NCBI GenBank assembly: GCA_964644695.1
Contig: CAZXWN010000010.1
Location: 1-64,000 of the forward strand
DNA length: 64,000 nucleotides
Reading direction: 5' to 3'
DNA from: an uncultured bacterium
Lineage (GTDB): Bacteria > UBP4 > UBA4092
Shown here: piece by piece, positions 1-8,268 of the stretch
Position numbering within the stretch: the first letter of the stretch is position 1
How the letters are laid out: each line of letters starts with the position of its first letter
Made by a program: the position numbers and the translations under genes
Notes under the pieces: model-generated
What the model saw: the letters and a program-made list of their open reading frames with translations, nothing else
What the model was told of the DNA's origin: nothing
Databases searched by the model: none

Positions 1-2
1 GT

Positions 3-53
3 GGCGGTTCCTCTCATGATTTGGTCAGCTCTTGTGGAGGAGGATGTTATTAA
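3..53 (+). CDS. Possible 3' end of an upstream gene (...GGSSHDLVSSCGGGCY*), candidate toxin C-terminus
   Basis: Frame is open from the window edge to TAA 51-53, which overlaps the next ATG 53-55 (TAATG coupling). Only 16 codons are visible. Confidence 0.3.
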   Translation, partial: GGSSHDLVSSCGGGCY

Positions 54-373
54 TGCCATATTACTTTCTGGAAAAAGGGGAAATGGTTCCTGTAAAAAAT
101 GGCGATATGCTAATGGAGTGCAACAAATACTGTTACTGGGTATTGCTGGATAAGGGTATAGAGGATTGGGATGTAGAAGTAGATGAGTATTCTGATCCGG
201 AGGGAATTTGGGCTTATTTGTTTGTGTTTGATAAAGAAAAACAAAAAATGGTATGGACAATCTCTGATCCACATCCAGATATATTTATGGAAAGCTGTGT
301 TAAGTTGTTGGACGCCTCTCATCCAGACAATATTTGGAATCAATATTGGAAGGGGTGGGAAAATTGCCTTTGA
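53..373 (+). CDS. Small hypothetical protein, candidate immunity protein
   Basis: ORF 32..373; GGAGGAGG SD at 36-43 favours ATG 44 or 53. Acidic/aromatic; weakly similar to the next ORF. Confidence 0.6.
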   Translation: MPYYFLEKGEMVPVKNGDMLMECNKYCYWVLLDKGIEDWDVEVDEYSDPEGIWAYLFVFDKEKQKMVWTISDPHPDIFMESCVKLLDASHPDNIWNQYWKGWENCL

Positions 374-627
374 GATATCAAAATGGACTGGAAGTCATGG
401 AAGGTGATTTGGTGATAGTGGATTTTCGTATATGCTGTTGGGTTCGATATTATGACGAAGACACGATTACGTTATATTTCCAAAGTAATTCAGGGCCTAT
501 AATGGAGCCCATTAAAAGAGTGAAAGATACACAAGGTCTGTATATGTGTAAACGGGCAGATGACGAGGACAATCCATTTAATGCATGGCTAACAGATACA
601 AGTATGAAGTGGTTGCCCGATGAATAA
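364..627 (+). CDS. Small hypothetical protein, distant paralog of the preceding gene, candidate immunity protein
   Basis: ORF 334..627; TTG 364 overlaps the previous stop. Shares V-x-x-G-D-hydrophobic...C-x-W-V and D-N-x-[WF]-N motifs with the preceding ORF. Confidence 0.55.
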   Translation: MPLRYQNGLEVMEGDLVIVDFRICCWVRYYDEDTITLYFQSNSGPIMEPIKRVKDTQGLYMCKRADDEDNPFNAWLTDTSMKWLPDE

Positions 628-674
628 AAGCAGGGCACTGTTGATGGTAAAACGCTTATATCAATAGGAGATAG

Positions 675-1031
675 ATGTTTATGTATCCATTTGTTTATCC
701 GTTTATTATGTTTTTTGTTTTTCAAATAATCTTTCTCACATTTTGTTGGTCAGTCTATATATCCGAGTTCCGCTATTTGAAAAAGAACTATCCTTTGCAA
801 GGAGATAAGTCATTAAGTTTTCGGAAGTATCAATCTATATTTAATACGGTGCGTTTGTTTTCACAAGATAAACGAGGTGAGTTTTATCAACAGATTGATG
901 AGATATATCCTGGTGCATCCCAGAAAATTGAGGCCAGGCGCAAGAAGAGTCGTGAAATTATTTTTATAATTTTTTCAGTTTTTTTAATTTTTTGGCTTAT
1001 GTGCGGTATATATGTTGTTTTACATAAATAA
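675..1031 (+). CDS. Two-TM membrane protein, tandem copy 1 (candidate immunity)
   Basis: AGGAG SD; hydrophobic N- and C-terminal helices; near-duplicate of 1090..1449. Confidence 0.75.
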   Translation: MFMYPFVYPFIMFFVFQIIFLTFCWSVYISEFRYLKKNYPLQGDKSLSFRKYQSIFNTVRLFSQDKRGEFYQQIDEIYPGASQKIEARRKKSREIIFIIFSVFLIFWLMCGIYVVLHK

Positions 1032-1089
1032 TGCTGGATTAGGATTGGTGTGGACAGACTTGTAAAAGGCTTGTATTGACAGGAGATAG

Positions 1090-1449
1090 ATGTTTATGGA
1101 GCCATTTGATTATCTGATTATTATATTCCTTGTTTTTCAAGTAATATTTATTACATCTTGTTGGTTGTTCTATATATCCGAGTTCTGCGATTTGAAAAAG
1201 AACTATCCTTTGCAAGGAGGTAAGCCGTTAAGTTTTTGGAAGTATCAATTTTTATTTAATACGGTGTATTTATTTCCAAGAGGTAAACTAGGTGAGTTTT
1301 ACCAGCAGATTGATGAGATATATCCTGGTGCATCCCAGAAAATTGAGGCCAGGCGCAAGAAGAGTCGTGAAATTATTTTTATAATTTTTTCAGTTTTTTC
1401 GTTTTTTTGGTTTGTATGTGTATATAGTGTGTTGTTTTTAAGTAAATAA
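1090..1449 (+). CDS. Two-TM membrane protein, tandem copy 2 (candidate immunity)
   Basis: Same SD/start context (aggagatagatgtttatg); shares EFYQQIDEIYPGASQKIEARRKKSREIIFIIFSVF with copy 1. Confidence 0.75.
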   Translation: MFMEPFDYLIIIFLVFQVIFITSCWLFYISEFCDLKKNYPLQGGKPLSFWKYQFLFNTVYLFPRGKLGEFYQQIDEIYPGASQKIEARRKKSREIIFIIFSVFSFFWFVCVYSVLFLSK

Positions 1450-1554
1450 TACTGGATTAAGACTATGCGTTTGCGGTATGCACTAATTTAGTTCTTTTTT
1501 GAAAACCAACTCTGATGAAATATTGAGGATTCTCTGATCCTGTTCTTGTCCTTA

Positions 1555-1679
1555 GCTCCCCGCCTTTTCAAGGAGGGGTCCGGCGAAGCCGGGGGGTGGT
1601 TAGTTCTTCTCAATCCCCCCAAACTTTCCCATCCCATTCCTATCGGACCCATAGGACCTATAAGACCTATTGGACCTAT
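1555..1679 (+). repeat. Dispersed REP-like element copy 1 (two hairpins plus four 9-mer GACCTA repeats)
   Basis: gctccccgccttttcaaggaggggt-ccggcgaagccgg-ggggtggttag...tcggacccataggacctataagacctattggaccta; homologous block at 23333-23457. Confidence 0.85.
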
Positions 1680-1724
1680 CACCCACCCTCACATCTTGAC
1701 ATCCCTGCCCACTCTGTTTCTTCA

Positions 1725-1751
1725 AACGAACCATATACGAAGGGGGAACGA
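1725..1751 (+). repeat. Second dispersed repeat (AACGAA-C/G-CA-T/G-A-T/A-A/T-CGAAG) copy 1
   Basis: aacgaaccatatacgaagggggaacga; 25/27 identical to 47930-47956. Confidence 0.7.
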
Positions 1752-2104
1752 CCCTCACATGGTCCCCCTGTTTCAGGTGATTACTCTGAATTTCTATCCG
1801 GCACCCCACCCCCGTGCACTCCTCCGTGAATACTTCGTTTTTTCCCTGCCTCCGCCTCACAATATCCTCATTTTCAAACCATCGGGGTCAGCCCCTGAAT
1901 TCGATTCAAAAACTGCTCTTTTATGGAAATCACTTTTCTGATCACATTTGCATTTAATCTATGAAGCGTTTTAATAAAATTTATTCAGGGTGTGGAAGTA
2001 AATATCTGTAATTGAACATGACTTTTCGATGAGATTATAATTTTCCATGAAATTTTTTAAAATTCAGTTTAACCCATTAAATCAATGGTATTTAGATGTT
2101 TTAT

Positions 2105-2197
2105 GGATTTAAAACTTGACATCTAAAAAATATTAAAAAAATACTGTTGACAGTGATGGATAACTCATGATAAAAATTACCTCGGAAAACTATACTG
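2105..2197 (+). promoter_or_regulatory. Promoter-like upstream region of the RHS gene; copy 1 of a 93-bp direct repeat
   Basis: Two TTGACA boxes (2116, 2147) followed by GGAGG SD; 78/93 ungapped identity with 8022-8114. Confidence 0.65.
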
Positions 2198-2209
2198 GGA
2201 GGTAATACC

Positions 2210-3049
2210 ATGAGCTGTCACTATTTACAAAAAAAAGAATACGGGTATTTTAATGTCAAAAATCTAAAGACTTGGGCGGCAACCTGCGTCTTGACGGGCT
2301 GTTTGATTTGTAGTGTGATAGGACAAACGGCCTCAGATTTAATGAGTCAGGGGTTGGCTTCCATCCAGAATAAGGATTATAAGGGAGCTGTTAGTAAATT
2401 ACAGGACGCTTATAAATCTGCTCCCGATGGAACTGAAAAAGATAAGGCTCAGTTCTACCTCCTGAAAGCATATTTAAAGTCTGGAGATGAAAAAACTGCT
2501 GTCAATGAATTAGCCGCATTGAAACAGAGGAGCCCCAAATCTCCCGCATTGGATGATGCGTTATTCTTTTTTGCTCATGAGCTGTTTGAGAACCAAGGCC
2601 AGTATGATAAATCCAAACCCTATTTGGATGAATTATTAACCCAATATCCTTCCAGTGATTATGTCGATAAAGCCTTGTTCCAGCGGATGCGTGTTGCCGA
2701 CCGAGAAAAAGACTTTACCAAAGTTGAAGAGTGTTTTAATAAGCTTAATAACGAACATGCGTCTAGTTCCGTAATGGCGGCCGCTACGTTGCGGTATGCC
2801 GAATCCCTCCGGAATGTTAAAGGGGATCCCAAATCAGCGGAGAAGTTCTACCGGAAAGTCGTTGCGGATTATCCCGCCTCTGCCTATGCTCCCCAAGCCC
2901 AATTAGGTATTGCAGAGTTATGGTGTTATACCCTGACCGGTGAATATGGCGTTTCAAACCCAAGAAAAGGGATAGATGAAGCCCAGAAAATTGTCGATAA
3001 ATGGCCTGGGAGCTCAGGCAAAATGTCATCAGGTGATGGCGTTAAATAA
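2210..3049 (+). CDS. N-terminal part (signal peptide + BamD/YbgF-like TPRs) of the frameshifted RHS protein
   Basis: GGAGG SD; hydrophobic stretch WAATCVLTGCLICSVIG; repeated Y-P-x-S-x-x-A-x-x-A TPR motifs; TPR pattern continues in the next frame near 3010. Confidence 0.8.
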   Translation: MSCHYLQKKEYGYFNVKNLKTWAATCVLTGCLICSVIGQTASDLMSQGLASIQNKDYKGAVSKLQDAYKSAPDGTEKDKAQFYLLKAYLKSGDEKTAVNELAALKQRSPKSPALDDALFFFAHELFENQGQYDKSKPYLDELLTQYPSSDYVDKALFQRMRVADREKDFTKVEECFNKLNNEHASSSVMAAATLRYAESLRNVKGDPKSAEKFYRKVVADYPASAYAPQAQLGIAELWCYTLTGEYGVSNPRKGIDEAQKIVDKWPGSSGKMSSGDGVK

Positions 3050-6000
3050 CTGTGGTAAATATGACCAAGCTCAAAAAGTAGCAGAGTCCATTCTCAGTCA
3101 ATATACCTATTCAGAAAACTCTATTCAGTATAGCCATGCCTTGTACAGCAAGGCTTTTTTAGAGTATATGCAGGGACATGGAGATAAGGCTTTAGCCGGA
3201 TATCAGAAGATGGTAGATGAATACCCTGATTGTGCCAATGCAGCAGAGGCCTATCGTGAGATTGCGCGTCTTTATTATTTTGATGGAAAACTGGATGAGG
3301 CAAAAGCCACTGTTGAAAAACTGATTGCAAAATGTCCTAAAAGTCCTTTAATTGATACAGCGAAAGAAGAACTGGCCTTATTAAATCAAAAGATAAATTA
3401 TCGAAATACAAAAACAGCTGAAGCCAAACAGGAAAAAGTTGTAGAACTATCTTCTAATTTATGTGGACCTGTGGCGGTACAGCTGCTTCTCTCTCATTAT
3501 GGAATTAACGAAGATTTGAAGGCGATTGCTCAAAAAGCTGAACACGATCCGGCCGAAGGAACCAGTTTTGCCGGATTAGCACAGGCCTTGAAAGAATATG
3601 GATTCCAAGCACAAGGATACAAGCTTTCACACAAAGCATTAACCAAAATGGCTTATCCCGTAATTGTTCAGCTAAATCACCGACAGAAAGACCATTTTGT
3701 TGTTTTAGAAAAAATGGATGAACGGGGAGCAAGATTTTCTGACTACCAAGGTGTTCATCAGGTCATGGAAAACAAGGAATTTAAGTACCAGTGGACAGGA
3801 TATGCTCTAGCTGTTACGCCCTCAAAACGGGTGAAAGAATCGACGGCCTCTCGTTTTATTCCAATATCAGGGCAGAAACTGACACAAAAACTAATGGAAA
3901 CAGTTATGGGTGGGAATCAGCTTCCTTCACCCTGCAATCGTCCTTGTCCTAATAATCATGTTCCTCCTAGCTGTCCAAAATGTAATTCCGGTCCCAATGG
4001 TAATGCTCAAGGTGGATATAATCCAGGAATGATGCCATCAATGTGGACAGACGAAAATGGTAATAAGTATGAAGTTAATCCGATTGATGGAAGCACAAAG
4101 ATGACAATGACAATTGGTGGTGGAGCTACTAATGCTGTGGGAGGAGGCTCTGGTAATAGTGCTACATCCTTATCTGTTAGCATGGCTAACGGGTGGGCAC
4201 ATACTACTTTTCCAGAGATGGCATTAAGAAATATTCCAGGTGTAGGGAGCATTGTTGTAAATAGATCTTATTCCTCCAGCCGCCACAATAATGATGTTAA
4301 TGATCATTATGGGGATTTCGGTCGTGAAACTCCCTGGGGGACAAAATGGACTTTCAATATAGCGACCTTCTTACTGTTTATTGATGGGGATTTATATTGG
4401 ATAGATGATATTGGGAATAGTTATTGTTTTACTTTGCAAGGTTCTGTTTATAAACCCTTAAGTCGCTATGGTTTGACTCAGTGGTTTACGGTCAGCGGAA
4501 GTGATTATACCCTGAATAAACAGGACGGTAGTCGGTATGTGTTCCATCGGATAGGTACCAGTGATTATGCTCGTTTGGAAAAGATGATCACACTCAGTAA
4601 TGTCACTGTATCCTGTGAATATACTTCAGATACCTCTCGTTATTTGAGTGCCTTGGCAGCAAACGAAACAACCAAACTGACCTTTGGCTATACCAATGGT
4701 AAGTTGACCAGTATTACGGATCCATTTAATAGAGTTGTTAACTATTGGTATGACTCTCAAGGTGATTTGGTACGAATAGAAGATCCTGATGGTTATAGCA
4801 TGTATTATCTTTATAATAGTTTAAGCCAGATAACAGCTACTCGGGATAGTTATAGTGCCGGTAGCATTAATATATACACATACACCTATGGAACAACGAC
4901 TTCACAGATGGATGACCACTGGACCCCTCGGTGTATTGCCATAACCGATTGTTTGGGAAATAGAACCGAGTTTACAGGCAGTCGGTGGTGGGGAGAACAC
5001 TCCGTAGTTATGAAAGATTCTACTGGGACTTTGGTGAAAAATGGTATAACCTACCATTTCAACAATGTGTGGGATAAACTTCTTTATCATACCTATGATA
5101 ATCAGACTTTAATCCGGTATATCTGGGCCGGGAATGATCCTACTGGATATGGTCAGATTACCGCAACTTATGATATGGTTGGTCATTCCAAATTTTATAT
5201 GGTTGACTCAACATATGGATCTACGACTGCATATTATGATGAAACAGGTTTGAAAGCATATTCATATTATGACAATACATTACATGTCATTACTTGTGCA
5301 ATAAATGAAGCAGGTAACAAGACTTTTTATGAATACAACAATTTAAGATTGCTTACCTTAATCATTGGTCCAACGGGTGAACGTACCCAACTGAAGTATG
5401 ATAGTTATGGGAATCTAACGTGTTCGATTGATCCTTTAGGTCAAGTAAGTGAATCCATTTATGACAGTCAGGGTATTTATCTTTTAATGCAGATATCTCC
5501 CAGTAAGGCTACAACTCATTTCTATTATGACAGTTGGGGGCGGCAGACTGCTGTAAAAAATCCTAAAGGATATATCTCTTCCTTTGGTTATGACACGATG
5601 CATCGTTTGATTTGGTCTAGAGATGCTTTAGGTGGATTGACCCAAACCGAATATTATGTAAATGGTTTGGTAAAAAAAGTTACAGATGCAAGGAATTATA
5701 CAACAGAATATGAATATGACCTGCGTAATAGGTTGACTAAAGAGATATATGCATCGGGAAAATATACCCAATATTGGTATGACTCTTTAGATAGAACCAC
5801 TTGCAAACGAGATTCAAGTGGTCAAAAAAGTTATATCACTTATGACAATTGGGGACATTATAGCACTCGTTACTATGAGTCTGGGACGACTTACAGCTAT
5901 TCTTATGATTCAGTAGGGCAGTTGATTTCTTTATCAGACCACCATATAGGTGGAAATCATTCCTTTAGCTATGATTCATTTGGTCAGACCACTTCATATC

Positions 6001-8030
6001 AAAACCCTTGGGGGACGACTACCTATACCTATGATACCTATGGTCGTAGAATTGGATTAAAGGATCCAGATGGAAATACCTATGAGTATATCTATGATTT
6101 TGTCGACCGATTATTTATGGTTCATAATTTTACCCTTGACCAATTTACGATGTATTCCTATGACTCCATTGGAAGACGAAGCATGGAGATCTATCCAAAT
6201 GGGTTAATAACTACTTATGAGTTTGATACCTGTGGGTGTGGCTCTCGAGTTACCAATAATCAAATCTATAAACCTACAGATAGCTTTAACCGGACATCCC
6301 TGGGCGTGAACTGGACTACGACTGGGACTTTGTCAATTGAGACGAATAGATTAAAAACAGGCGGAACAGCTTTAGCCATATATACTATGGGAGGCTCGTT
6401 CAGTGATGTTACGGTGGAAAGTTCAATAATAGTTACTGATAATGCCAGTAGTAAAAATGGATATTTGGTTCATGGATATAGTACGGGAATTTACGGGCCA
6501 AGCTTTAGATATGCGGGATATGACCACGGTTCTGGTGTGCTTAAAATCGGCCATAAAAATATCAATGATAGTACGATATATGTGGATATCAGCACTACTA
6601 TAGGTTGGGCATCCGGGATACCGTTACGAGTAAAGGCGACTGCTTCTGGTCCAACGACATCCTTATGGATGTTGGAACCCTCAGGATATGAGAAGAAACT
6701 GTCGTATGTTTTTAGCAGTTCAAAAGCAGGTACCACTGGTTTATTTAGCAACGCCGCTATTAGCCAATTCGATGATTTTATCTTGAATAACAATACGACA
6801 CTGGTAGCTCGATATGCGTATGACTATGATGCCAATGGAAATCGTATCTCTGTTACAGATAAGAATTATTTATCAACCTACTATTCTTATGACAGCCTCA
6901 ATCGGTTGGTCTATGAAAATCGAGCTGGGGTATACACCCGGAGCTATGGTTACGACTCCGTAGGCAACCGCATCTGGATGTATAACGGAACTTCTACCAC
7001 CTCTTATACCTATAACAACCTCAATCAGTTGCTTTCAGATGGAAGTAAGAATTATTCCTATGATTCCTGTGGCAATTTAATTCAGAAAGATTGGGGTGAC
7101 AGTGGTTGGACATATGGATGGAATGAAGACAATATGATGACATCTGTTTATCCTCCCTCAGGGGGATGGGTTAGTTATCTTTATGACTCTTTTGGCAAGC
7201 GAGTTCAAAAGGCGGGAAGTACTATAAATGGAACTAAGGCTGTTCGGTATTTTTATGACGGCATTAATGTTTTATTGGAAAAAGTTTCCACTCAAGGATC
7301 TGAGGCGGGTTGGCTGAATTTTCAGACACAGGCAGCTTATACCCTGGCTCCAAGTGAAACAAGTCAGATTATCTCTGTGAAAAAAGCAGATGGGTCAAAT
7401 TTGTTCTATCATTATGACCCGATTGGTAATGTGATTCTTATTTCCGACCTGAGTGGAGATACTACTGCTGGATATTACCAGGAAGGTTTTGGTAATGTGA
7501 TGCAGACAGTGGGCAGTGCGGACAATAACTATCATCTGACCACTAAAGAATTAGATCCAGATACCGGATTTTATTATTTCTATGCTCGCTGGTACGACCC
7601 TGAAACAGGACGGTTTATTAGCGAAGACCCTATTAGAAATCTTAATAGATACTATTATGTTGACAATAAACCCCTGACTTTTGTGGACTACATGGGGTTG
7701 GTTGGCTGTACCCCAAAAGCAATGGAAGACTATGCTAATTGTCAAGGTAATAAGCATCCTGGTTATGATAAATGGAAACATTGTTATATTAGCTGCCATC
7801 TTAATCGATGTTTACTGACATTATTCCCTCTTATTACCATTGATATTGGAATAGTACATGAGTTTCTCGGGTGGGAAGATGGTCTAGATGGATCATTTGG
7901 TGATATGTACTCAAACATGACTGGTATAAAGTGCTCTCGGATTTTTTTTCGTTCATGTGAATCCTGTTGTGATAAAAGGAATCCAAGTCAAAAGACAGTT
8001 GATAACATTTGGAAGGCTCGCGGATTTTAA
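2976..8030 (+). CDS. TPR - C39 peptidase - double-glycine motif - DUF6531-like - RHS/YD repeats - RHS core - C-terminal toxin (C-terminal part of the frameshifted gene)
   Basis: C39 motifs NLCGPVAV...GTSFAGL...HFVVL...D; LTQKLMETVMGG; many YDxxGR/YD repeats; core ELDPDTGFYYFYARWYDPETGRFISEDP...NKPLTFVDYMGL. Confidence 0.9.
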   Translation: MKPRKLSINGLGAQAKCHQVMALNNCGKYDQAQKVAESILSQYTYSENSIQYSHALYSKAFLEYMQGHGDKALAGYQKMVDEYPDCANAAEAYREIARLYYFDGKLDEAKATVEKLIAKCPKSPLIDTAKEELALLNQKINYRNTKTAEAKQEKVVELSSNLCGPVAVQLLLSHYGINEDLKAIAQKAEHDPAEGTSFAGLAQALKEYGFQAQGYKLSHKALTKMAYPVIVQLNHRQKDHFVVLEKMDERGARFSDYQGVHQVMENKEFKYQWTGYALAVTPSKRVKESTASRFIPISGQKLTQKLMETVMGGNQLPSPCNRPCPNNHVPPSCPKCNSGPNGNAQGGYNPGMMPSMWTDENGNKYEVNPIDGSTKMTMTIGGGATNAVGGGSGNSATSLSVSMANGWAHTTFPEMALRNIPGVGSIVVNRSYSSSRHNNDVNDHYGDFGRETPWGTKWTFNIATFLLFIDGDLYWIDDIGNSYCFTLQGSVYKPLSRYGLTQWFTVSGSDYTLNKQDGSRYVFHRIGTSDYARLEKMITLSNVTVSCEYTSDTSRYLSALAANETTKLTFGYTNGKLTSITDPFNRVVNYWYDSQGDLVRIEDPDGYSMYYLYNSLSQITATRDSYSAGSINIYTYTYGTTTSQMDDHWTPRCIAITDCLGNRTEFTGSRWWGEHSVVMKDSTGTLVKNGITYHFNNVWDKLLYHTYDNQTLIRYIWAGNDPTGYGQITATYDMVGHSKFYMVDSTYGSTTAYYDETGLKAYSYYDNTLHVITCAINEAGNKTFYEYNNLRLLTLIIGPTGERTQLKYDSYGNLTCSIDPLGQVSESIYDSQGIYLLMQISPSKATTHFYYDSWGRQTAVKNPKGYISSFGYDTMHRLIWSRDALGGLTQTEYYVNGLVKKVTDARNYTTEYEYDLRNRLTKEIYASGKYTQYWYDSLDRTTCKRDSSGQKSYITYDNWGHYSTRYYESGTTYSYSYDSVGQLISLSDHHIGGNHSFSYDSFGQTTSYQNPWGTTTYTYDTYGRRIGLKDPDGNTYEYIYDFVDRLFMVHNFTLDQFTMYSYDSIGRRSMEIYPNGLITTYEFDTCGCGSRVTNNQIYKPTDSFNRTSLGVNWTTTGTLSIETNRLKTGGTALAIYTMGGSFSDVTVESSIIVTDNASSKNGYLVHGYSTGIYGPSFRYAGYDHGSGVLKIGHKNINDSTIYVDISTTIGWASGIPLRVKATASGPTTSLWMLEPSGYEKKLSYVFSSSKAGTTGLFSNAAISQFDDFILNNNTTLVARYAYDYDANGNRISVTDKNYLSTYYSYDSLNRLVYENRAGVYTRSYGYDSVGNRIWMYNGTSTTSYTYNNLNQLLSDGSKNYSYDSCGNLIQKDWGDSGWTYGWNEDNMMTSVYPPSGGWVSYLYDSFGKRVQKAGSTINGTKAVRYFYDGINVLLEKVSTQGSEAGWLNFQTQAAYTLAPSETSQIISVKKADGSNLFYHYDPIGNVILISDLSGDTTAGYYQEGFGNVMQTVGSADNNYHLTTKELDPDTGFYYFYARWYDPETGRFISEDPIRNLNRYYYVDNKPLTFVDYMGLVGCTPKAMEDYANCQGNKHPGYDKWKHCYISCHLNRCLLTLFPLITIDIGIVHEFLGWEDGLDGSFGDMYSNMTGIKCSRIFFRSCESCCDKRNPSQKTVDNIWKARGF

Positions 8031-8114
8031 TCATGACATGTAAAAAATATTGAAAAAGCAAATTTGACATTGATAGATAACTCATGATAAAAATTGCCTC
8101 GGGAAACTATATTG
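8022..8114 (+). repeat. Copy 2 of the 93-bp direct repeat (duplicated RHS upstream region)
   Basis: 78/93 identity with 2105-2197; contains the RHS stop codon. Confidence 0.85.
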
Positions 8115-8115
8115 A

Positions 8116-8256
8116 CTGGTAAGACTATTAGTAACCTCTGGACTTGCAGATCCTGAAGGTACAAATGTCTTCGTAAAACGAGTTCCGCGAACAAAAGGGA
8201 AAAATAAAGACGCAGAAGATGCCTGTGGTTTTAAGCTTTACACACATAACTTTTAA
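8116..8256 (+). pseudogene. Possible orphan toxin-tip remnant with no start codon
   Basis: Open frame LVRLLVTSGLADPEGTNVFVKRVPRTKGKNKDAEDACGFKLYTHNF* ends just before the next gene's SD and contains a DPxG. Confidence 0.3.
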
Positions 8257-8268
8257 TGGAGGAACAAT

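Noticed and set aside
1643-1679. 9-mer tandem repeats or dispersed ACGAA repeats as a CRISPR array
   Set aside because: No spacers, wrong unit length and spacing, and no cas genes.
1488-1941. Overlapping ORFs with PIGPIGP repeats
   Set aside because: These are translation artefacts of the 9-mer repeats and the REP-like element; no SD or protein-like composition.
2210-8030. Type VI secretion effector
   Set aside because: No PAAR, VgrG or Eag chaperone features; the N-terminus looks like a Sec signal followed by TPRs.
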